64,000 nucleotides of DNA from Leptospira sp. (GTDB lineage: Bacteria; Spirochaetota; Leptospiria; Leptospirales; Leptospiraceae), in NCBI GenBank assembly GCA_034439575.1, contig JAWXAQ010000008.1:96001-160000 (forward strand), given 5' to 3'. A program made the position numbers and the translations under genes. The notes under the pieces are model-generated. The model had not been told where the DNA came from and ran no database searches. It saw nothing but the letters and a program-made list of their open reading frames with translations. Positions 31,305-39,160 of the stretch are shown here, piece by piece (the first letter of the stretch is position 1; every line of letters begins with the position of its first letter).

Positions 31305-32085
31305 AAAGCGGTTGAATCTGTGGATAATTTTGATAATAAGCTCGTACAAAATAAAGACCATGTGGGGGAAGTGTCATTCCTGCTTTGGTGCGGTCTTCTT
31401 CCCCTAATATTGATGCTATGGATCTAGATTCCCAACGTCCCTTTCCAATGTCCAGTAAAGTTCCAACAGTAATCCTCACCATATTGTGCATAAAACCATT
31501 GGCTTTAATCCGAATTCTAAAAATTTCGGGAACCAAAGTATCTCGTTCTAATTCGATCGTTTGGATCTCGCGAATGGCTCTTTTGCCTTTCATGGAATTT
31601 TTTTTTGTAAGGGAACGAAAATCTTTTTCTCCAAGCAAATAGGGAAGTTCCGCTTTCACTCTTTCCCAATCAACGCGTTGTTTGATCCAGAGAGCATGTT
31701 TTTCATAATGAACGCAAGGGTACTTTGAATAATAAATTTGGTATACGTATTCTCTAGAAGTGCAAGAAAACCTGGCATGAAAATCATCTGGAACTTCTGT
31801 AGCTCGCCTAACGGTGACTCCTTCAGCAGACAATGAATTTAAAGAATGAAGAAGTTTATATAAATTCGGAATTGGGAAATCTGTCTTAAAATGACAAATC
31901 ATTCCGAGAGAATGGACTCCCGTATCTGTTCTACCTGCGACAAAGAGAGAAGTGTGTGGGTTTTTTGCTAATATGATTTTTAGCGAGTCTTCAAGTGTAC
32001 CTTGTACAGATTTTAAAGAAGTCTGTCTTTGCCAACCGTAGAAACAGGATCCATCATATTCTACGCACAATGCATAAGTAGGCAA
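31285..32085 (-). CDS. truA: tRNA pseudouridine(38-40) synthase TruA
   Basis: YDGS.FYGWQ.Q, AGRTDTGVHS, FHARFS, ANGFMHNMVR, PPHGL. Confidence 0.96.
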   Translation of the reverse strand: MPTYALCVEYDGSCFYGWQRQTSLKSVQGTLEDSLKIILAKNPHTSLFVAGRTDTGVHSLGMICHFKTDFPIPNLYKLLHSLNSLSAEGVTVRRATEVPDDFHARFSCTSREYVYQIYYSKYPCVHYEKHALWIKQRVDWERVKAELPYLLGEKDFRSLTKKNSMKGKRAIREIQTIELERDTLVPEIFRIRIKANGFMHNMVRITVGTLLDIGKGRWESRSIASILGEEDRTKAGMTLPPHGLYFVRAYYQNYPQIQPLYEPQFP

Positions 32086-32088
32086 ATT

Positions 32089-32967
32089 TTACTTCTCTCC
32101 GCCTAATTCCTCGATGATGATATTATACTCGTCGTACAATTCACGGCACATTTCTATGATCGGTCCTGGTTTTCCTTTGGACGATTTCCCTGAACCGTAT
32201 AACCGAGCCAAGGTTCTTTTGGCTCTGGAAAGTAAAACGACTTGGTCTTCTGGTTTTGGGGCTAATTGGTCTTTGAATCTTTTTGTGAGATAGGCATTTA
32301 GATAAATGACCCCGTCAAATCCCCAGTTATTGTCAGTATCAGGACCTAACATACCAGCGGCGCCATCTACTGGTTCTTGACCACTTTGCATAAGTTCAAG
32401 TGTCGTTCCGTAAATAACAGCTGCCTTTTGATATAATAAATCTCTAATTTTATCATATCCTAATTGAGGGAATTCATCATGTAGGTCGGCAAAATACCAG
32501 GCCCCACGAATCGCAGAGACTGCTTTTTTAGGTGTGGGTGCAATGGATGGTCCACGCAATTGGTAACAATCATAAGATAACAAATAGGATGCGGCACCAG
32601 TGGCAATGTGTCTATCCGCTTGAAAGTCTAAGGGCCCGAGGATTTTTTCGACATAAGACTTTCTAATGTCTGTGGACATTCGAATCGCTTCGTTTTCCGC
32701 ATTTGAAATGAGAGACCAATCTTTTGGAAAGGAAGAGTAATAACATCTAGGACAAACTGTGAGAACGTAATCCAAAGGGCTGACACGTCCAAACTTTTTG
32801 TTTTTTTCATAATTTCTGCGTAGGTCTTGGGCTAATTTTCCGGCAATAAGTCGTCCTCCACCTTGGAACATTTGCTCTTTTTGGTGATTTTCATCGCAGA
32901 TAGGGCAAACTGTGACTTCTTTGGCACGGAAGGAAACTTTTTTCGATTGGGCGGCAGCTGTAGACAT
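32089..32967 (-). CDS. DUF2225-family protein
   Basis: VCPIC and VCPRCYYS zinc knuckles followed by helical TPR-like region (AIRGAWYF). Confidence 0.75.
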   Translation of the reverse strand: MSTAAAQSKKVSFRAKEVTVCPICDENHQKEQMFQGGGRLIAGKLAQDLRRNYEKNKKFGRVSPLDYVLTVCPRCYYSSFPKDWSLISNAENEAIRMSTDIRKSYVEKILGPLDFQADRHIATGAASYLLSYDCYQLRGPSIAPTPKKAVSAIRGAWYFADLHDEFPQLGYDKIRDLLYQKAAVIYGTTLELMQSGQEPVDGAAGMLGPDTDNNWGFDGVIYLNAYLTKRFKDQLAPKPEDQVVLLSRAKRTLARLYGSGKSSKGKPGPIIEMCRELYDEYNIIIEELGGEK

Positions 32968-33008
32968 CTTAAAAATCAAATAAAAGCCTGATTTTTAAAT
33001 ACATTCTG

Positions 33009-33036
33009 TCAATCCAATATCAAAAATCTCCGATAA
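33009..33036 (+). promoter_or_regulatory. Candidate sigma28 (FliA) promoter
   Basis: TCAAT-N15-TCCGATAA versus consensus TAAA-N15-GCCGATAA, about 80 nt upstream of ATG 33118. Confidence 0.45.
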
Positions 33037-33117
33037 TCCTTGTAGGGCAACCCCCTGAAATTACTTGTAAGTTTCTTCACTTGAAGGAAATTACGGAAAG
33101 GTATGAGCGGCAGAGCA

Positions 33118-34218
33118 ATGAAACATTCCATTCTGATTTTAATCCTGACACTCGCAACACAAAGTATTTTGTTTGCAGAGGCTGTCTCCAATAAGGCTTA
33201 CAAAAAGCGTATCGAACTCCTTACCTACTTACGTGAGTTAGAGCCGATGATCAAAAACTTTCGTGGGGAAGACCCAGAAGGCAAACCGACTCCAATCAAC
33301 GCACCAGAAGGCAAAGAAGGCTTTCGATTAAAAAAATATAACGAGCTCAAGCGTATATACCAAGAGGGACTTCAATATTATTTTGAAGGAAACTATATGT
33401 CAGCTTACCAACGTTTCCTTGAATGCCAGTTAGGTGTTGAGAAAGTTACTGAAGAACTTTCACAACTCTATGTATTGCGTGCTGAAGAAATGATGAAGCT
33501 AGCCATGGAACGTAAAAATCCAAACAATCCAATGGATAAAGCCTTACTCGATATTTCTATCGAATATGGTAAGGGATCTTATTTTCGCCATGATGTAATG
33601 GACAATCCTAGAGAGGCACCTTATTCCAGAAGGATGTATGACTCAAAAGAAGTGCATTATGTTTATAACAAGTACACGATAGAAAAAAATATGGAACTAG
33701 GTTTCCGTCATTTAGGTTTAGCAAAAGAAGCTCGTGTAACAGCTCTTAAGGTTGAAAAGAATTTGGAGAAACACCAAAAGTTACAACCAAGTCATAGAAA
33801 GTATAGAATTGAAAATTATTTTGGAGCCATCAATCTTTGTCGTGATGCCAAAGCAAATGCCATCAATATCTATAAGTTAAAGTATCCTTTTGATAATTAT
33901 TACTTAACGAATTCGCAAGGTAAAACAGAAGGTAAAATTGATGACACTGGAAAATTAGCAGATGGTGAACCTGTAAAAGTCGATGGCGCCACTTATGATT
34001 TTTCAAAAAACCCATATATCAAGTTTGATGAAAGGCTACAAGCTATGTTTGATGTTCGTGTTCCAGAAGAGTATCGAGTAGATCACGCTGATGTGCGTGG
34101 AAGGATATACGATATAGACTCTGAGAATATTGTGTTTTTCAAATATGATAAAGATCGCAAAAAACAGTTAAACGTGCCAAACAAACCAGCGCCAGGTTCT
34201 ACTTCAGCCACTCCTTAA
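33118..34218 (+). CDS. Conserved exported helical protein (Leptospira-specific)
   Basis: Signal peptide ending ILFA-E; mostly helical; followed by a strong terminator. Confidence 0.7.
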   Translation: MKHSILILILTLATQSILFAEAVSNKAYKKRIELLTYLRELEPMIKNFRGEDPEGKPTPINAPEGKEGFRLKKYNELKRIYQEGLQYYFEGNYMSAYQRFLECQLGVEKVTEELSQLYVLRAEEMMKLAMERKNPNNPMDKALLDISIEYGKGSYFRHDVMDNPREAPYSRRMYDSKEVHYVYNKYTIEKNMELGFRHLGLAKEARVTALKVEKNLEKHQKLQPSHRKYRIENYFGAINLCRDAKANAINIYKLKYPFDNYYLTNSQGKTEGKIDDTGKLADGEPVKVDGATYDFSKNPYIKFDERLQAMFDVRVPEEYRVDHADVRGRIYDIDSENIVFFKYDKDRKKQLNVPNKPAPGSTSATP

Positions 34219-34240
34219 CTAACACTGTTTTCTCTGCCGT

Positions 34241-34270
34241 AAAGCTCAAGGTTCTCTTGAGCTTTTTTTA
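34241..34270 (+). terminator. Rho-independent terminator
   Basis: AAAGCTCAAG-gttct-CTTGAGCTTT followed by a T-tract. Confidence 0.88.
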
Positions 34271-34305
34271 TTTCCTGTTTAATACATATTTTATACGATG
34301 TCAGT

Positions 34306-35115
34306 GTGGCAAAGATTCCATTTTTAGATGATTTTTTAGTTCGAGCATTGCAGGGACAAAAAGCGGAGTACGGTCACTTCGTGATTAAAATTTATCTGCG
34401 AGTTATATTATTAATTCTAGGTAAGGCGAGTCCTCTATTGGTGAAAGGATTGTTTTATGCGGCCAAAGGTGATAAACCTGCGCGCATTGAAGCCTTTTTG
34501 GAAGGATCAAGGCTTTGGGGTGATGATGTTAAGGGTCATACAAAATCAATTTTATATAAACTAAATGAAATCAACCCACCGACGAAAGGGCATTTTATAT
34601 TCTTAAACCATGTAAATGAATTGGACTTTCCTTATGACTGTTATGTGATAGGCAGACCTTATTTAGCGAATCAAGTCATCAAAAAAACTTTATTTGCTTA
34701 TTGGTGGATGCTCGCTATGGGTTCGCAAGTATTTGATAATTCAAAATCAAGAACCGTTGTAAAGTCTATCAAACGTTTGTTAAAAGGTCTTGAAACTACA
34801 TCTTATATCGTTTATCCAGAAGGTCATAACTCTTATTCGGAAGAAATCAGGCCTTTGAAAAAAGGAATGGTGAAGATTGCCTTTGATCAAAAAATTCCAA
34901 TCTATGTTGCCTTGAAGTCTGGCATCACATCTTATCAAAACAAATGGAAAGATAATGTTGTGGGGTATTGTGAAGTAGGTATTTTCAATCCCGAAGACTT
35001 CAAAACTTATGAAGAACTCCAAAGTCATTTATTTGAAGTTATGCGTTCCAAGAAAAAGGAACTGGATGAATTTCTTGAAACTAAAAAAGGCGAGGTTTTG
35101 GTAAAAAACGTCTAA
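34306..35115 (+). CDS. Lysophospholipid acyltransferase (PlsC family)
   Basis: NHVNELD (NHxxxxD), YPEG, LKKG motifs. Confidence 0.85.
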   Translation: MAKIPFLDDFLVRALQGQKAEYGHFVIKIYLRVILLILGKASPLLVKGLFYAAKGDKPARIEAFLEGSRLWGDDVKGHTKSILYKLNEINPPTKGHFIFLNHVNELDFPYDCYVIGRPYLANQVIKKTLFAYWWMLAMGSQVFDNSKSRTVVKSIKRLLKGLETTSYIVYPEGHNSYSEEIRPLKKGMVKIAFDQKIPIYVALKSGITSYQNKWKDNVVGYCEVGIFNPEDFKTYEELQSHLFEVMRSKKKELDEFLETKKGEVLVKNV

Positions 35116-35134
35116 TAAAATTTCGAATTTGTAT

Positions 35135-35253
35135 GGTGCGTTCCCCGTCCCACTAATTTACAAATTTAATTCTAACAAGGGTCAGGCTACTACGGGGTGC
35201 GCTAAACGCTCCCGTCTGCCAAGGCAGACCAAGCCCTTCGTATCCTTAACGCA
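35135..35253 (+). ncRNA. Structured GC-rich intergenic element, Flavo-1 RNA-like / Leptospira intergenic repeat
   Basis: Closing helix TGCGTT(35137-42)/AACGCA(35248-53), hairpins GGGTGCG/CGCTCCC and GTCTGCC/GGCAGAC, GGCT/AGCC pairing; family assignment from recollection only. Confidence 0.5.
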
Positions 35254-35341
35254 AAGAAAAAGTAGAGATATATTATAAATTTGACACTTTATATTTGCTA
35301 ATTTCTTGACCTTTAAAAGAAAAATCCTTATATCAATAGGT

Positions 35342-35779
35342 ATGACGAATTTACCGCAAAAACCTTCCGTAGCCTTTATCGGTGCATCTTGGCTTTCTTT
35401 ATTCATTGGTATGTTGACTTTTATCGTTGGAATTTGGAATTCCGAAATGGCATTAAACGAAAAAGGATTCTATATTACCATTTTAATGTATGGATTGTTT
35501 TCAGCCGTCTCTTTACAAAAAACAGTAAGAGACCAATTAGAAGGACTTTTTGTTACTGGTATCTATATCGGCTTATGTTGGTTTTCAGTTGGATTGAATC
35601 TATTACTACTTCTTATAGGCTTATGGAATGCAACACTCGCTTTAAGTGAAAAGGGATTTTTTGGAATTTCTTTTATCTTAAGTTTATTTGCTGCCGTTGC
35701 AGTCCAAAAAAATGTACGTGATTTACGAATGGCAGAAGGGGAAATCAAACCTGTGCTAAATCCCAAAAAAATAGATTAA
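35342..35779 (+). CDS. yiaA: Inner membrane protein YiaA (two YiaAB helix pairs)
   Basis: KPS.AFIGASW, LNEKGFY, AVSLQKTVRD and LSEKGF..AVQKNVRD duplicated unit. Confidence 0.9.
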   Translation: MTNLPQKPSVAFIGASWLSLFIGMLTFIVGIWNSEMALNEKGFYITILMYGLFSAVSLQKTVRDQLEGLFVTGIYIGLCWFSVGLNLLLLLIGLWNATLALSEKGFFGISFILSLFAAVAVQKNVRDLRMAEGEIKPVLNPKKID

Positions 35780-35825
35780 GTAGATCATCTAAAAAATCAA
35801 AATTTTCAATAAACAATACTAATAT

Positions 35826-36326
35826 ATGACAATAAATAAATTCGAACAGTCTTTAGAGAATGGACCGCATAACAAATTGCAAAAGTTAATCGGTGTATGG
35901 AATGGAAAAACCAAAACTTGGTTTGAAAAGGATGTTTTAGCGGACGAATCGGACGCGAATGCTGCAATTACTTCTTTGTTAGATGGTAGATTTATTTCTA
36001 TTGACTACCAAAGTAGTTTAGAAGGTAAACCGTTTGTAGGAAAGATGATCCTTGGCTTTGACATTCCATATCAAAAATTTACAAGCTCATGGATTGATAG
36101 CTTTCATATGGGAACACAAATCATGTTATCGAACGGAGACGTCCTAGAGAACGGATTTTCTGTAACAGGGACATATGGAAATCCAGAGTATGGTGATAAA
36201 CTTTGGGGTTGGAGGACTGAGATTCAATTTATCAGTGACAAAGAATTTTCGCTGACGGCATATAATATTTCGCCGGATGGGGAAGAGGCAAAGGCAACGG
36301 AGACATTTTATAGAAGAGTGAGTTGA
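35826..36326 (+). CDS. DUF1579-family protein
   Basis: H..L..LIGVW.G, GRFI, GFD....FTSSWIDSFHMGT. Confidence 0.75.
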   Translation: MTINKFEQSLENGPHNKLQKLIGVWNGKTKTWFEKDVLADESDANAAITSLLDGRFISIDYQSSLEGKPFVGKMILGFDIPYQKFTSSWIDSFHMGTQIMLSNGDVLENGFSVTGTYGNPEYGDKLWGWRTEIQFISDKEFSLTAYNISPDGEEAKATETFYRRVS

Positions 36327-36469
36327 GGTGGGATTGATCCAATCGCATAGTTGCATTTAACAAATATTATTTTACAAGAAATAAAAACGATAACGAATGT
36401 AATTAAAGAAGGCTTGAAGAATATGTAACAGGTAAAATTTCAAATTAAGCTCGACCGACTCAAAATATT

Positions 36470-37786
36470 TTAACTCCCAAAAATAGTTTCTAATATCTCT
36501 TCGTACTCTTTGAAAATCTTTGTCTGTTTATTTTTTAGGGTATAAGGTGATGGTCCATTTTGATCCATATGTAAAAATAAGGATGTTGCGATCTCATGAT
36601 GGTGTTTGATTTCTATCGCTTCATCAAAGAGATGTGCATACCATTTGTCTTTTGTTAACTTGCGAATTTCATCTTTTCTTACATTGTCAAAATGTTTTTT
36701 ACTTGTTGGGTCCGTATAAGCATTGTTAAAAAGAATTGGCAAAACTTCAGGCCCATTTCCCTTTCTTTCTAGCCAAACTTCTGGTATAAACTTATCCAAC
36801 ACTTGTACTGCATTATGAATGGCTTGTGCCGCCTGATAGTTAACAGGGATTAAAACAGCATCCGAGACTGAAACTCCAATTTTACTAAAGAAGCTCCAAT
36901 TCGTAGGGCAATCGATGAGTATATAATCAAAATTTCCTTTTGTACCAAACATTTCTAATAGTTTTCGGAATTTTTTGATCATGGTTTCTGTGATTGCTTT
37001 TGTCGCATGTAAAGAACTATCAAAACGTTCATCCCCTTTGATGATATGGAGATTTTTTCTGATCCGGATAGTATTGATTCCTCCTTTTAATTCTTTTCCA
37101 AGTAAGATATCAAATATACTTGTAGGTGTTTCTGTTTTTTTAATTTCTAATTTGAATGAATCTGTGAGATCCCTTTGTTGGGGATCTAAATCGATGAGAA
37201 GGACATTTTGCCTTTTTTCTGAAAATACACCTGCAAAGTTTCCAGTCGTTACAGTCTTTCCCACCCCACCTTTATTATTATAAATAGAGACTATGAGTGG
37301 AGTTTTTCTATTCTCATAACTCGATGGTTTTTTTAGAATTTTTTTGAGCAGAGAGATAGTTTTATCTGTGTTAATTTCTAAATCGAGAATTTCCGTGAGT
37401 GGGAAAATAACTTTCTTTTTACGTTGGAAAACTTGGGCATTCTTCCCATTGATAAGGAGTCCATAAGGAACTTCGATTAATCCGTCTGACCTCATATAGG
37501 CGAAAAGTTGAAACTTTGCTTCTAAATAAGTCTTCGCACTCGGATCGGAAAGATTGACGGTGTTCGATTTTGCCTCAATTACAAGATTAGGAATCTGATC
37601 CACATAACAAACAAAATCCGCTTCTCCTGTTCCTTTCAAAGAAACTTTGTCTTTAAAATCCTCACCATTATATCCTAAATGTTGTATCAAGGGTACGACA
37701 AAGCGAGTTTCGACTTCCGATTCACGTCCGCTTTGCTTCAAGGAACGAATGATAGTTGTAAACTCACTTAATTTTTTTGCTGCCAT
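36470..37786 (-). CDS. HsdR-N-like PD-(D/E)xK nuclease fused to ParA/Soj-type ATPase
   Basis: N-term ESEVETRFVVPLIQHLGY, ADF, IEAK, QLFAY, LINGK; C-term NNKGGVGKT, LIDLDPQ, YILIDCP. Confidence 0.85.
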   Translation of the reverse strand: MAAKKLSEFTTIIRSLKQSGRESEVETRFVVPLIQHLGYNGEDFKDKVSLKGTGEADFVCYVDQIPNLVIEAKSNTVNLSDPSAKTYLEAKFQLFAYMRSDGLIEVPYGLLINGKNAQVFQRKKKVIFPLTEILDLEINTDKTISLLKKILKKPSSYENRKTPLIVSIYNNKGGVGKTVTTGNFAGVFSEKRQNVLLIDLDPQQRDLTDSFKLEIKKTETPTSIFDILLGKELKGGINTIRIRKNLHIIKGDERFDSSLHATKAITETMIKKFRKLLEMFGTKGNFDYILIDCPTNWSFFSKIGVSVSDAVLIPVNYQAAQAIHNAVQVLDKFIPEVWLERKGNGPEVLPILFNNAYTDPTSKKHFDNVRKDEIRKLTKDKWYAHLFDEAIEIKHHHEIATSLFLHMDQNGPSPYTLKNKQTKIFKEYEEILETIFGS

Positions 37787-37967
37787 AGTTTCCCCAAGAT
37801 GATTTAACTTTTATTAGCAATGAATTTCTGATTTGGAGGCAATCGTAAATGCATGCGTCTTTCCGAGTTTCCTTTTCGTTTTTCATAAGAATGTAGAATG
37901 TTCATGCAGTTTTACTATGATATGTCAGAAAAACAAGAAAAATACTTACCGCCTTACGAGGTTCATC

Positions 37968-39107
37968 TTATCCTCCTTTCTCCAAAACTCCTTGCCAATC
38001 TTTAATATTCACCCAATGTAAAATTAGGTTTTTAAAAGTTGTCTTTCTTGTTCGACTATCGGATGTTATAATGATATTTTTTCCCATATTATAATGGTTT
38101 CGAAATATAGTTAAATTTTTAGGATCAAATTGTTTTTCTTTCCATTTACATTCTATAGCATCAATTTGATTTCTCGATTTTCTAATCACAAAATCAATTT
38201 CATTTCCATTTTTATTTCTCCAATACATAGGATTCTCTTGGTTGACTGCTTGCATTGTTTCTAAAGTTAAATTTTCTAAAAATTTTCCTTTGTCCTCATT
38301 TCGTAATTCATTGATACCTTGCACATAACAACAAAATCCTGTATCAAAGCCATAGACTTTTGGTTGGTTAACTATTTCTTTATCTGCATTTTGAAAATAA
38401 GGTCGAATGACGGAAATGGCTTTTGTTGCCTCTAATATATCCAAATACTTTGTAATTGTAGGTCGTGAAACACCTGATATTTGAGCCAATTTTGATATAT
38501 CTAAACTATTCCCATTTTGAATGAGGAGCCATTCTAATGCTTTCAGAAATGGTTGTCTTTTTTCTACTTTAAATATTTCCTGAACATCTCTCGCATAAAA
38601 AGAATCGAGCCATTCTGAATAAAATTCAGAATTTAAAGAATCTGATAAAAGGGCTGGCGGTAATCCTCCGTTTAAGATTCGTTTATCGATACTCGCACCA
38701 AAGGCATCTGTTTCGCTGACGAGGACGGGAAGGAAATGGATATTTCTTTTTCTGCCTGTGAGTGAATCTTTAAACTTCTGACTCGCTACTAAAGTGGAAG
38801 ATCCTGTTGCTAAAATTCTTAGTGAGGGAAATTCATCTGATGCAATTTTTAATACTGATGTCGGATTCGTTAGTTGGTGAATTTCATCGAAGATAATAAT
38901 TTTATTTTTGCATTCTTTAAAAAAAGACTCAGCATCAGCTAGCATTTCTTGAACTCTTGGCAAATCACAATTTAAAAATTCGGCTTCCGAAAAAAATTTA
39001 CTTAAAGTAGTTTTTCCTGTTCTACGAACTCCAGAAAGCCAAACAATGGGCATTTTTTTCCAGGCATTCTTTATTTGTTTTGTCCAAAACTCCCTTTCTA
39101 TTCCCAT
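37968..39107 (-). CDS. AAA_14-type ATPase with wHTH and DUF4143-type PD-(D/E)xK domain
   Basis: GVRRTGKTT, IIFDEIH, ATGSS, SLTGR, GGLP, HTH ISKLAQISGVSRPTITKYL, KVYGFDTG, YWR..EIDFVI..IECK. Confidence 0.88.
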   Translation of the reverse strand: MGIEREFWTKQIKNAWKKMPIVWLSGVRRTGKTTLSKFFSEAEFLNCDLPRVQEMLADAESFFKECKNKIIIFDEIHQLTNPTSVLKIASDEFPSLRILATGSSTLVASQKFKDSLTGRKRNIHFLPVLVSETDAFGASIDKRILNGGLPPALLSDSLNSEFYSEWLDSFYARDVQEIFKVEKRQPFLKALEWLLIQNGNSLDISKLAQISGVSRPTITKYLDILEATKAISVIRPYFQNADKEIVNQPKVYGFDTGFCCYVQGINELRNEDKGKFLENLTLETMQAVNQENPMYWRNKNGNEIDFVIRKSRNQIDAIECKWKEKQFDPKNLTIFRNHYNMGKNIIITSDSRTRKTTFKNLILHWVNIKDWQGVLEKGG

Positions 39108-39152
39108 AAATAGACTTTACAAATAGTACACCTAAATGTAAAGTCCATTTAT
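39106..39152. repeat. 16-bp imperfect inverted repeat overlapping the start of the AAA-DUF4143 gene
   Basis: ATAAATAGACTTTACA (39106-39121), 15-nt spacer, TGTAAAGTCCATTTAT (39137-39152); 15/16 complementary. Confidence 0.8.
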
Positions 39153-39160
39153 ATACCGTA

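Noticed and set aside
35182-35406. 74-aa minus-strand ORF across the structured element
   Set aside because: Antisense to yiaA and runs through the hairpins; no protein features.
36470-37786. Interpretation as a plasmid/prophage partition locus or a type I R-M system
   Set aside because: No parB, rep, integrase, hsdM or hsdS nearby, and no helicase motifs in the protein.
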